In this document: piece after piece, positions 38,692 through 47,272 of the stretch
Layout: each line of letters starts with the position of its first letter
Position numbering within the stretch: the first letter of the stretch is position 1
Assembly: GCA_963823765.1 (NCBI GenBank)
Contig: CAWGML010000001.1
Span: forward strand, 131,642-195,641
Source of the DNA: Candidatus Dormiibacterota bacterium
GTDB taxonomy: Bacteria > Chloroflexota > Dormibacteria > Aeolococcales > Aeolococcaceae
Reading direction: 5' to 3'
Length of the DNA stretch: 64,000 bases
The notes under the pieces: model-generated
The model's input: the letters and a program-made list of their open reading frames with translations, nothing else
Databases searched by the model: none
What the model was told of the DNA's origin: nothing
Position numbers and translations under genes: made by a program

Positions 38692-38718
38692 GGTGGACGT
38701 CTTCTAAGTCGTCCGGCT

Positions 38719-39435
38719 TCAGCCTCCAGGGTGGAGCGGGCTGAGGGCGCCGAACCGGTACCCCTGCCGTCCGACGGTCACGATGACCCGCGGCGCCGCC
38801 GGTTCGGCCTCCAACTTCCGCCGCAGACGCTTGATGAAAGTGCGCAGGTAGCCGCGGTCACCGGCGTACATCGGGCCCCAGACACGCGAGAGCAGCATCC
38901 GCTGATCCATGACGTGCCCGGCGTTGCGGGCCAGCTCGGCGAGCAGCACGTACTCGGTGGGCGAGAGCCGCACCTCCTCACCGCCCTTGGTGACGACCCG
39001 GGTGCCCAGGTCGACGACGATGTCGTCGAACGTGATGAGCCGCTGTCTCTCGCCCGTGGGTCGCACGCGCCGCAGCACCGCACGAACCCGCGCCAGCAGC
39101 TCCTCCGCGCCGAACGGTTTGGTGAGGTAGTCATCCGCCCCGAGGTCGAGCGCGCGCACCTTGTCCTCCTCCTCTCCGCGCGCCGAGATGACGATGACCG
39201 ACGGCTGCCGTCGACCGTCGAGTGTTTCCAGGACCCGCCAGCCGTTGACGAACGGCAGGCCGATGTCGAGCAGGACGATGTCGAGGCCGGGGGTGCCCAA
39301 CTGCTCCAGGCCGGCGATGCCGTCGGCGGCCACGAGCACCTCGTGCCCGGCTCTTTCGAGGTTGCCCGTGAGGATGCCGCGCAGCGCCGCGTCGTCCTCG
39401 ATGACCAGGATCCGGCCGCTGTCCTCGTCCGTCAT
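38719..39435 (-). CDS. kdpE: OmpR-family response regulator KdpE
   Basis: Internal ATG (MTDEDSGRILVIEDD) of ORF 38719..39645. The receiver domain includes DIVLLDIGLP and the phospho-acceptor Asp. The winged helix reads RLSPTEYVLLAELARNAGHVMDQRMLLSRVWG...YLRTFIKRLRRKLE. Confidence 0.9.
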   Translation of the reverse strand: MTDEDSGRILVIEDDAALRGILTGNLERAGHEVLVAADGIAGLEQLGTPGLDIVLLDIGLPFVNGWRVLETLDGRRQPSVIVISARGEEEDKVRALDLGADDYLTKPFGAEELLARVRAVLRRVRPTGERQRLITFDDIVVDLGTRVVTKGGEEVRLSPTEYVLLAELARNAGHVMDQRMLLSRVWGPMYAGDRGYLRTFIKRLRRKLEAEPAAPRVIVTVGRQGYRFGALSPLHPGG

Positions 39436-39772
39436 GACCCCGCAGTGTGGGGCTGCACCCGGTCGGTCGGAGTGCCACTGACCTCCTGTCAGGGCCTGGC
39501 TAGGAGCGCGACGCGGTCTGCTGTGGTCGGCGGCCCAACAGCCGGGCCACGCGGCCTGGCGTTCGGGTCGCGCGCGAAGTCCTCCGGCTCCGCACCCGCC
39601 AGCAACCAGGGAAGACGGCGCGTCTGCCCGGGAGCGCGCTCCCACTCGATTCCTGCCTGCGGGGTGGCGTCCACGCCTGTGTGTCTCATGGTTTCACCTT
39701 ACGGTCGACCCACCGCAGCGCTGTGACAGCCGGGCTACCGATGCCAACATCGCCATGACGGCGATGGTCGGC

Positions 39773-40069
39773 TCAGGGGTGCGAGGGTGCGGGAGGCGCG
39801 TCCTCGAGCTCGAACATCAGGTCATCCGGGTAGCAGTAGTACCAATCCTCGCCCGGCTCGAAGGAGCGGATCAACGGGTCGCCGACAGCCCGGTAGTGCG
39901 CCGTGGCGTGCTTGCCGGGTGAGTAGTCGCAGCAGCCGACGTGGCCGCACCCCTGGCAGACGCGCAGGTGCATCCAGTCGTCGCGCCCCGCGGCGAGGCA
40001 TTCGACGCAGCCCGTCCCCGACGGCTCGACATCCCTGATCTGGTCGAGGTGCCTGCAGGCATCAGCCAT
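39773..40069 (-). CDS. UBP-type zinc-finger domain protein
   Basis: 98 aa reading CRHLDQI...GCVECLAAGRDDWMHLRVCQGCGHVGCCDYSPGKHATAHY. Confidence 0.8.
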   Translation of the reverse strand: MADACRHLDQIRDVEPSGTGCVECLAAGRDDWMHLRVCQGCGHVGCCDYSPGKHATAHYRAVGDPLIRSFEPGEDWYYCYPDDLMFELEDAPPAPSHP

Positions 40070-40088
40070 CTCTCACTCTCCGAGCGGC

Positions 40089-40991
40089 TCAGCGGCCCGC
40101 TGAGGTGGGCGCCTCGACGTGGGTCAGCTCGCTGTCCCACCCCAGGAGGCTGGCTGCTCCAGCATAGGTGCTGCCCAGGAAGTCGAGGATCGCGCGGCGG
40201 GGATCGTCCGCCTGCCGCGCGGTCTCGTAGGGCAGCAGGAACTCCCCGATGGGGTTCCACGCTGCGCCGCTCGGCTGGACAGGGATCTTCTCGATGCCGT
40301 CCGGGGCGGGGTACGCATACGCGTAGGACGCGGGGTACGGCACACGCTCGTCTCCCGGCCACCACCCGGCGCAGATCTGCTCTGCGTCCGCGCCCAGCCG
40401 GGCGATGACCCCCGAGCCCGGCGCCGGCTCGGCCGGACGGCCCGAGAAGCGACTGAGCGCGAGGTCGAAGCTTCCCCAGAAGAAGTGCACCGGCGTCGAC
40501 CTGCCACGGAAGTGCGCGCGGTGCTCGTTCATGACGGCCGCGACCTTGGAGAGCACGTCGAAGAACCGCGCCGCGTGCTGTGAATCGTAGGTGTCGTGGG
40601 TGTGATCGTCAGGGAACGGGATGGGGTTGGACACCTCGGACGGTGTCGTGGAGATGCTCACGTCCACGTCCATCCGCCGGAGCGCCGCCATCACGTCCCG
40701 GTAGAACTCGGCGACGCTGCCTCCGAGCGGGCGCTGCTCGATGCGGCCGTCACTGCCGCGCAGGAGCAGCACGTGTCCGAGCAGGTCGAGCTCCGCATCG
40801 AAGGTGCGCAGTCCGACCGGGATGGGCGAGGTGGTCAGCCCCCGGGCGGTGACATAGAGCGCCACGTTGCCCCATTCCGGCTCGAACGGGCTGAGGGCGA
40901 GACGCAGCTTGCCGAGCACCTGGCTGTACATGTGGAGCGTGTCACGGGTGGCCCGCCACTCCGGGTACGGCAGTGCCGGCCACTCGTTCAC
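40089..40991 (-). CDS. conserved hypothetical protein (DUF5996-like)
   Basis: 300 aa reading WPALPYPEWRATRDTLHMYSQVLGKLRLALSPFEPEWGNVALYVTARGLTT...HFFWGSFDLALSRFSG. The family name is from memory only. Confidence 0.65.
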   Translation of the reverse strand: MNEWPALPYPEWRATRDTLHMYSQVLGKLRLALSPFEPEWGNVALYVTARGLTTSPIPVGLRTFDAELDLLGHVLLLRGSDGRIEQRPLGGSVAEFYRDVMAALRRMDVDVSISTTPSEVSNPIPFPDDHTHDTYDSQHAARFFDVLSKVAAVMNEHRAHFRGRSTPVHFFWGSFDLALSRFSGRPAEPAPGSGVIARLGADAEQICAGWWPGDERVPYPASYAYAYPAPDGIEKIPVQPSGAAWNPIGEFLLPYETARQADDPRRAILDFLGSTYAGAASLLGWDSELTHVEAPTSAGR

Positions 40992-41137
40992 GCGCCGCGG
41001 GCCATGGCGGTCATCGGCGGATTATCCCTCGGCCGGCCTGGCAGCGATCGCTCGATGCGAAGCGTCCCGCACGTGTCGCGCGTCCCGCCGAGCCAGAATG
41101 TTCCCGTCGAGCAGCAGACCGGTGCGGAGGAGGAGAC

Positions 41138-41464
41138 ATGCCAGTCAAGGCTTGGTCGGCGAAGCGCGAGCGCCAGTACGAGCACATCAAGGAGGGCCTG
41201 GAGGAGCGCGGCACGCCCGAGGAGACGGCCGAGGAGATCGCCGCCCGCACGGTCAACAAGGAGCGCGCCCGTGCGGGCGAGGCCAAGCAGGCCAGCCGGA
41301 CGTCGATCGAGGACATCTCATCAGGTCGGCGCGGCGGTCTGCGCTCGCACAGCGGCGCCGGCGGTCGCACCTACGCGCAGCTCCGCAATGAGGCTCGGGA
41401 CCGCGGCGTCAAAGGCCGTTCCACGATGACCAAGGCGCAGCTGGAGCGGGCTCTGGCGAGGTAG
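41138..41464 (+). CDS. small basic protein with a C-terminal Rho-N/SAP-like helix-hairpin
   Basis: Internal ATG preceded by GGAGGAGGAG. Sequence MPVKAWSAKRERQYEHIKEGLEERG...TYAQLRNEARDRGVKGRSTMTKAQLERALAR. Confidence 0.65.
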   Translation: MPVKAWSAKRERQYEHIKEGLEERGTPEETAEEIAARTVNKERARAGEAKQASRTSIEDISSGRRGGLRSHSGAGGRTYAQLRNEARDRGVKGRSTMTKAQLERALAR

Positions 41465-41485
41465 GGTGGCCCACAATGCCGGGTC

Positions 41486-42331
41486 ATGAGGCTGAGAGTC
41501 GCGTGTGCCCTGGTGTTGGCCGCCGCTGTGCTGGTTCTTGCCGGTTGTGGTCAACCGGCTCCGACGGCCACGCCCACACTTCCACAGGCGGTCTCGATCA
41601 CATGTGATGGGAGGTCCGACACGACCGCGGCCCTTCAGACGGCGGTCAACGCGGGGGGGACGGTGTCCATCCCGGCCGGCAAGTGCCTCCTGACCAACCG
41701 CGTTTCGGTGCGCAAGCCGGTCACCATCGACGGTGCGGGGCCGCAGCAGACATTCCTCATCCAGCACGGGCGTCACAACATCTTCGAGATCACCGCAGCG
41801 GGTGTCACGGTCGAGAACCTGAACCTCGACACGGCGACGTTCAACACCAGCGCGATCCCGGTCCTGCACAAGCCCGACCCCGGTGTGCTCTTCAGCAACG
41901 TCAGCGACACGCACGTCATCAACGTCACTGGTGAGACGGGCAGCGGGTACGGAATGCGCTTCGTCGGTCCGTCGCCATGCGTCAGCGACGTGAACGGGGG
42001 CCAGGTGATCACCGATGTCACCATGACCACCACCGGCACCGGCGGCTTCGCCGCCGTCGATGTCTCCTGCCAGCACCAGGCCACGCTCACCAACATCACC
42101 ATCCATGGCGGGATACTCGCGTTCTTCCACGACCAGAACATCACCTTGAACGGTGAGATGTTCGCAGGCGGCCCGCGGGCGATTCACTGCGCCCATCCCT
42201 GGTACATCACCGGTCCAGCCACCAACATCACGATCGAGAACGTGGTGAGCAGCTCTGGGCACGGCGTTGTCAAGCAACCGGCTTCGGGCATCACCGTCAC
42301 CAACCAGACGGTCACGGGCAGCGGCTGCTGA
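41486..42331 (+). CDS. lipoprotein with right-handed beta-helix (pectin-lyase-fold) repeats
   Basis: Lipobox in MRLRVACALVLAAAVLVLAGC. The cap reads TTAALQTAVNAGGTVSIPAGKCLLTNRVSVRKPVTIDGAG and is followed by repetitive rungs (VTVENL, HVINVTG, LTNITIHG, ITIENV). Confidence 0.7.
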   Translation: MRLRVACALVLAAAVLVLAGCGQPAPTATPTLPQAVSITCDGRSDTTAALQTAVNAGGTVSIPAGKCLLTNRVSVRKPVTIDGAGPQQTFLIQHGRHNIFEITAAGVTVENLNLDTATFNTSAIPVLHKPDPGVLFSNVSDTHVINVTGETGSGYGMRFVGPSPCVSDVNGGQVITDVTMTTTGTGGFAAVDVSCQHQATLTNITIHGGILAFFHDQNITLNGEMFAGGPRAIHCAHPWYITGPATNITIENVVSSSGHGVVKQPASGITVTNQTVTGSGC

Positions 42332-42342
42332 GGGCGTTCGGC

Positions 42343-43503
42343 GTGTCGCGATTCAGCGCGAAGACCGCGACCGTCGCGGTCGTCGCACTCCTCGCATCGG
42401 CATGCAGCGGCGACGTGCCGCTCCAGGCCGGTTCCTCATCGCCATCGACTGACAATGTGTGTGGCGCTGCCAAGCCGGGCACGCAGGCCGTCGTCTACAG
42501 CGCTCCCGGGCTGGAGTACTGGTACTCGGATGTGCTGACCACCTTCCAACAGGACTGCGGCGTCTCCATCTACTACGGCAGCTTCTCGGGCCCCGAGGTT
42601 CTCCAGAGGCTCGGCGACGAGCGCTCAGCGCCTCTGTCGGACATCGTCATCGCGCAGCCCCCGTACATCACCCAGGCAGCGGACCAGGGACTGCTCGACA
42701 GCGGCGCAGTCCCGGGAGCGGACAGCGTTCCCGCCGACAGGTGCGACGCGCAGCGTCGCTGGTGCACCATGGTCGAGAGCTACACGTCCTGGGTCTACCG
42801 GAAGACCCGCGCTCCCGCCCCCGTCACCTGGACCGACATCCTGGCGCGGGCCTACGCGGGCAAGATCCTCACCTCGCGGCCCGACCAGACCGTCGATGGC
42901 TTTGCCGCACTCGAGCTGCTGACCCAGACCCAGGGTGCAGGCGCCGCGATCGCCTACCTCGAGCAGCTGGAGGCGTCGGTGTCCGCCCACTACACCAACA
43001 CCGACACGATCAGCCGCCTCGTCTCGACGGGCGTGGCCCTGGTGGGCAACGGGAACCTGCAGGAGAACCTCAACGACCTCGACCAGTTCCACAACATCGG
43101 TGTCTGGTTCCCGAGAGCCACCGATCAGGCGCCGTCGACGCTCGCTGTCCCGTACGGCGCAGCTCTCGTCAAGGGCGGCCCCAACCGGGCCACGGCCACG
43201 GCGCTGCTCACCTACATGTGGTCACGCGCCGGCCAGCTGGCGGTGGGAGGGGCGAACGTGGCGCCTGGTCGGCCCGACGTCACGCCGTCCGACAGCCGCA
43301 GCCGGCGTCTGCGCTCGACGCTGGGAACGATCCACGTCATCCGGGTCGACTGGGAACAGGTGGTCGTGCAGCAGCCGCAGCTGCTGGCCCGATGGACGGC
43401 CATCGCCCGGGCCCCCGATGGCACCGCAGCGCCCTCCTCGCCGACGCCCTCGGCCGCTCTGCCGCCACCCCCGCCCGCTTCGTCGGCAAGCCCCTCGCAC
43501 TGA
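42343..43503 (+). CDS. lipoprotein, ABC-type periplasmic solute-binding-protein fold (iron/thiamine/phosphonate-type)
   Basis: GTG start with lipobox VVALLASAC. SBP-like segments: AVVYSAPGLEYWYSDVLTTFQQDCGVSIYY and PYGAALVKGGPNRATATALLTYMWS. The C-terminus has a Pro/Ser-rich tail. Confidence 0.65.
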   Translation: MSRFSAKTATVAVVALLASACSGDVPLQAGSSSPSTDNVCGAAKPGTQAVVYSAPGLEYWYSDVLTTFQQDCGVSIYYGSFSGPEVLQRLGDERSAPLSDIVIAQPPYITQAADQGLLDSGAVPGADSVPADRCDAQRRWCTMVESYTSWVYRKTRAPAPVTWTDILARAYAGKILTSRPDQTVDGFAALELLTQTQGAGAAIAYLEQLEASVSAHYTNTDTISRLVSTGVALVGNGNLQENLNDLDQFHNIGVWFPRATDQAPSTLAVPYGAALVKGGPNRATATALLTYMWSRAGQLAVGGANVAPGRPDVTPSDSRSRRLRSTLGTIHVIRVDWEQVVVQQPQLLARWTAIARAPDGTAAPSSPTPSAALPPPPPASSASPSH

Positions 43504-43534
43504 CGGCACCGGCAGGGGTTCGTTTGGTCCTGGG

Positions 43535-46075
43535 CTAGTACCGTCGTGACACGGCCTCGAGCACGCCGAGTCGCGCGGCGCGCCGCGCCGGCAGTGCGGT
43601 GGCGAGGAGCGCGCTGGCAATCACCGCGCAGCCGACGATGAGCAGCGTCACCCAGGGCACGACGATGTCGTCGATGCCCTGGACGCTGAGCGCGGCGACG
43701 ATGGTGACGCCGATCGCCAGCCCCGCGACCAGCCCGGCCACAACTCCGAGCACGGCTGCCATCGCCGCCTCGAGATACACGGAACGTGCGATGCCCGCGC
43801 GGTCCATGCCCACCACCCGAAGGAGGCCGAGCTCACCGGTTCGCTCGAGCACCGACAGGCCAACGGTGTTCATGACCCCGAGGATGGCGACGACGATCGA
43901 GAGCCCGACCAGCGCCTCGATGAGCCCGACCGGTCCCTCGACGGCCTGTGCCTGTGCCTTGGCGAAGGCATCGGTGTTGTCCACCTCGACGCCGGGGAAA
44001 CCGGCGACTCCGAAGTCCACCTGCGTGCGCAGCTCACGCGCGCTCACAGCGGGGCGGGCACGAACGAAGGCGGCGCGGATGGTGGCGTTGTGGTAGCCAC
44101 GGCCGTATGTGTTCCACGAGATCACCCAGTCCCGCGTGATCCCGTTGTCGGCGATGACCGCCACGATCCGCAGGCTGTAGACCTGTGGTTCTGCGAACCT
44201 GGCTGAGACGACGTCGCCGACGTGGTACCCGTACCGCAGCGCTGCGCTGCGCGTGACGGCGACATCCGCGAGGTCGAGATGCTGCAGGCTGCCGCCGACG
44301 ACCGGGAGCGCCAGCACCGCGGCCGCGGTCTCCGGCTCGATCGCGGTGACAAGGTCCGATCGTCCGTCCAGCGTGAAGCTCTCGGCGCCCATCTCCGACA
44401 CTACGGCGATGCCGGGCGCTTCGCGAAGCTTGGCCACGGCCTCCGGGTCCAGGCCGGGGGCGGCGTCGCTGACCACCACGAGGTCGGCACGATCGGCGCG
44501 GCGCACCAAGTCGGTGACCGACGTCTCGGTGGATGCGGCGAGCACCGAGACAGCGGTCACCAGCCCCAGCCCCACCACCAGCGCGGCTGCGGGCGCGGCG
44601 GTGCGCCGCGGGTTGTGCAGGACGTTGGCTCGCGCCACCATCCCGGGCGTGCCGGTCCGAGCCGCCGCGGCGCCGAGCATGCGAAGAGCGGGCAACGCGA
44701 GCACCGGCAGAGCACTGGTGGCGGCGACGCCGACGGCGACGCCTCCAGCGATCACCAGCGGCAGTCGAGACGCGACCGGTCCCAGCATCCCCGCGAGGGC
44801 AGCCGCGACGCCGGCGGTGGCAACCACGCCGGCGACCACGGCGAGCGCACGCGATCGGTGCGCAGGTGGAGGAGGCACGAGTGCCTCACGCACGGCTGCG
44901 AGCGGTGCTACGCGGGTCGCGCGAGAGGCCGGCACGAAGGCGATGAGCGTGGTCACGGCAGTGCCGATGACGACGGTCGCCACCAGCGTCACCGGCTCGA
45001 CGTCCAACGGCGTTGACGCGCTGCCCTGTCCGGCGAGAGCCAGCATGCCGCGCAGCAGGTATGCGAGGGGGATGCCGGCAAGGGCTCCCGCGCACGACGC
45101 TGCCAACCCCACCACCGCCGCCTCGGCGAGGATGAGCTCGAAGACTTGCCGCGAGCTCGCTCCGAGCATGCGCAGCAGCGCCAGCTCGCGGGTTCGTTGC
45201 GCGACGACCACCTGGTGGGTGTTGAAGATCACCGCGCTCCCGACCACCAGGGCGAGGACGGACAGGGCGAGGAGGGTCGTGGTGATGCTGTCCGACTGCC
45301 GGCTGAGGTTCTGGACCTCGGCATCCGCGTATTCACGGCTGGTGATCGCGGAGGTGCCATCGTCGGGGATGACGGCCGCGACCCGGGCGCGCAGCGTGTC
45401 GGGGCTGACGCCGGGCGCCGCCGTCAGCTCGAGGAGGTCCCACTGGCCGGGGATGCCACTCAGCTGCTGCGCCCAGGGAGCGAACACGAAGACGGATGTC
45501 GCGCCGGTCAGGTCTGTGCCGCCCCGAGCCTCGAGGAGCCCCACCACCACGGCCGGCGCCGGGGACGCGACGTCGATGGAGACGCGCACGTGTGCGCCAA
45601 GGCCGAGGCCATCGCTGACGGCGCTCTCCCGGTCGATGACGACCTCCCCGGGCGTGGCGGGCGCACGTCCGGCCACCAGCACGAAAGGCGAACGGTCGGC
45701 GTGGGCCGGCCAGCTGTAGCCGTAGGTGGGGTGGTCGGTGCCGAGGAACCTGCCCGCAGGGCTGACCAGGGCCGCAAGCCGCACCACCTGGCCCTGCCCG
45801 GCCGCCACGCCCGGCACCGCGGTGACCGTGGCGAGCACGTTGTTCGGCACCGCTGCGAAGTCGCTGATCCCCAGCTTGCGATCGGTCTCGGGGCCCCGGA
45901 CGTACACGTCCACCCCCGACGTCGCCTGCCTCAGCAGCTGGTCGTAGGAGTGGCGCACGCTCTGGGCCAGCACCAGCGTGCCCGACACGAAGCCCACGCC
46001 GAGGACGATCGCCAGCGCGCCGAGCGCGAACCGGCGACGGCGCAGCCTGACGCCGGAGAGGATGAGCTTGAGCAC
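43535..46075 (-). CDS. ABC transporter permease, FtsX/MacB-type with duplicated FtsX domains
   Basis: 846 aa. The N-terminus reads RRRFALGALAIVLGVGFVSGTLVLAQSV. There are two 4-TM FtsX modules, each containing RELALLRMLGAS or ELGLLRVVGMD. Confidence 0.85.
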   Translation of the reverse strand: MLKLILSGVRLRRRRFALGALAIVLGVGFVSGTLVLAQSVRHSYDQLLRQATSGVDVYVRGPETDRKLGISDFAAVPNNVLATVTAVPGVAAGQGQVVRLAALVSPAGRFLGTDHPTYGYSWPAHADRSPFVLVAGRAPATPGEVVIDRESAVSDGLGLGAHVRVSIDVASPAPAVVVGLLEARGGTDLTGATSVFVFAPWAQQLSGIPGQWDLLELTAAPGVSPDTLRARVAAVIPDDGTSAITSREYADAEVQNLSRQSDSITTTLLALSVLALVVGSAVIFNTHQVVVAQRTRELALLRMLGASSRQVFELILAEAAVVGLAASCAGALAGIPLAYLLRGMLALAGQGSASTPLDVEPVTLVATVVIGTAVTTLIAFVPASRATRVAPLAAVREALVPPPPAHRSRALAVVAGVVATAGVAAALAGMLGPVASRLPLVIAGGVAVGVAATSALPVLALPALRMLGAAAARTGTPGMVARANVLHNPRRTAAPAAALVVGLGLVTAVSVLAASTETSVTDLVRRADRADLVVVSDAAPGLDPEAVAKLREAPGIAVVSEMGAESFTLDGRSDLVTAIEPETAAAVLALPVVGGSLQHLDLADVAVTRSAALRYGYHVGDVVSARFAEPQVYSLRIVAVIADNGITRDWVISWNTYGRGYHNATIRAAFVRARPAVSARELRTQVDFGVAGFPGVEVDNTDAFAKAQAQAVEGPVGLIEALVGLSIVVAILGVMNTVGLSVLERTGELGLLRVVGMDRAGIARSVYLEAAMAAVLGVVAGLVAGLAIGVTIVAALSVQGIDDIVVPWVTLLIVGCAVIASALLATALPARRAARLGVLEAVSRRY

Positions 46076-46167
46076 GGGCCGAATCGGATATTAAGGTGAG
46101 TCATCCGTCCGGACCGCGCCGGAAGCGCAGTTCGCCGTCCCGTCCAACTCCCAGGAGGGCTCGACCC

Positions 46168-46578
46168 ATGCGGCACCCGTCTCCTCCCTCCCGTGCCCTC
46201 GGGGCGCTCGCGGTGATCGCTGCCGCCGGGGGCCTCAGCGCCGGGTGCGGGTCGTCAGGTTCGGGCCCCGCCGCCACCTCCGGGCCAGCCACACCCACGA
46301 GCACGGCGCCCGTGATCGCGGTCACGCTCAGCGACCAGGGCTGTACCCCGGACAGCTTCTCGCTCCACCCGGGGACGACCATCTTCTCGGTGACCAACTC
46401 CGGGTCGACAGACGTGGAGGAGATGGAGATCCGTGACCAGCAGGGCCACGTGCGCGGCGACGTCGAGGGCGTGCAGCCGGGGCAGACGCGGTCGTTCGTC
46501 GTGGACCTCCCGGTGGGGTCGTACCTCGTGCGCTGTCCCCAGGAAGCCACGTCGGGTGGCACCATCACGGTGGCTTGA
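46168..46578 (+). CDS. lipoprotein with a cupredoxin-like (EfeO N-terminal type) domain
   Basis: Internal ATG with lipobox LAVIAAAGGLSAGC. Sequence IAVTLSDQGCTPDSFSLHPGTTIFSVTNSGSTDVEEMEI...SFVVDLPVGSYLVRCP. Confidence 0.7.
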   Translation: MRHPSPPSRALGALAVIAAAGGLSAGCGSSGSGPAATSGPATPTSTAPVIAVTLSDQGCTPDSFSLHPGTTIFSVTNSGSTDVEEMEIRDQQGHVRGDVEGVQPGQTRSFVVDLPVGSYLVRCPQEATSGGTITVA

Positions 46579-46592
46579 GGGCGCGCGGAGGC

Positions 46593-47195
46593 TCAGCCGT
46601 TGGCCTTCCACTGCGGATCACGGCCGAACCACCCCGCGAGCCTGTCGTAGCTCGGTGCGTCAGCCGGCACCGCCACTTCGGGGCCGAATGCCTTGCCCTC
46701 GTCCTCCGGCCCGCGGAACTGGGGCTTGAGGTTCTCCATGGCCCAGCGCAGCCCGTGCTCCGCCACAGCCGGGTCGAAGTCCTCGCGCTGGTGCGTGGCG
46801 CGGGCCAGGTCCCACCCGTGCACGGCGAGCTCGGCGATCTGCTGGCCGGCCCGGGACAGCAGAGGAGCCTCACCGCCGGTCAGGGTCGGGACCGCCGCCT
46901 GGACGTCGGCGTGGCTCCAGGCGGAGTCGAGTTCGCCACGGCCGGCGGCGTACGCCGCCGCCCAGTCAGTGCCAAGGTCGCTCGGCGGCCTGCTCCAGTC
47001 CGGCTTCTCGCCGCGCACCGCTGCTGCGAAGTTGTCGAGGTCGGTGACCAGGTGACCGATCAGCTGGCGCACCGTCCACGACCGGCACGGCGTGGGCAGG
47101 TCGGCCTGCCCAGCCGCCGTTCCCCTGATCAGTCTTGAAACCTGGTCGAGGGCACGGCCCAGGAGAACCAGGGGCTCATCGTCGTGTGCCATCAC
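46593..47195 (-). CDS. DinB/mycothiol-maleylpyruvate-isomerase-N-terminal-like metal-binding protein (TIGR03086-type)
   Basis: 200 aa reading LPTPCRSWTVRQLIGHLVTDLDNFA...ELAVHGWDLARAT...YDRLAGWFGRDP. Confidence 0.75.
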   Translation of the reverse strand: MMAHDDEPLVLLGRALDQVSRLIRGTAAGQADLPTPCRSWTVRQLIGHLVTDLDNFAAAVRGEKPDWSRPPSDLGTDWAAAYAAGRGELDSAWSHADVQAAVPTLTGGEAPLLSRAGQQIAELAVHGWDLARATHQREDFDPAVAEHGLRWAMENLKPQFRGPEDEGKAFGPEVAVPADAPSYDRLAGWFGRDPQWKANG

Positions 47196-47272
47196 ATCCT
47201 CCGGCAGCGAAAGCGATGGTCTCGCGTGGCGTATTGTCGGCCCCGGGGGACGGCGCCAGCGAGGAGAGGCGG

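Noticed and set aside
39489-39689. 66-aa minus-strand ORF in the kdpE leader
   Set aside because: It has no Shine-Dalgarno, a Pro/Arg/Ala-rich composition and no hydrophobic or domain pattern. It is more likely non-coding leader sequence.
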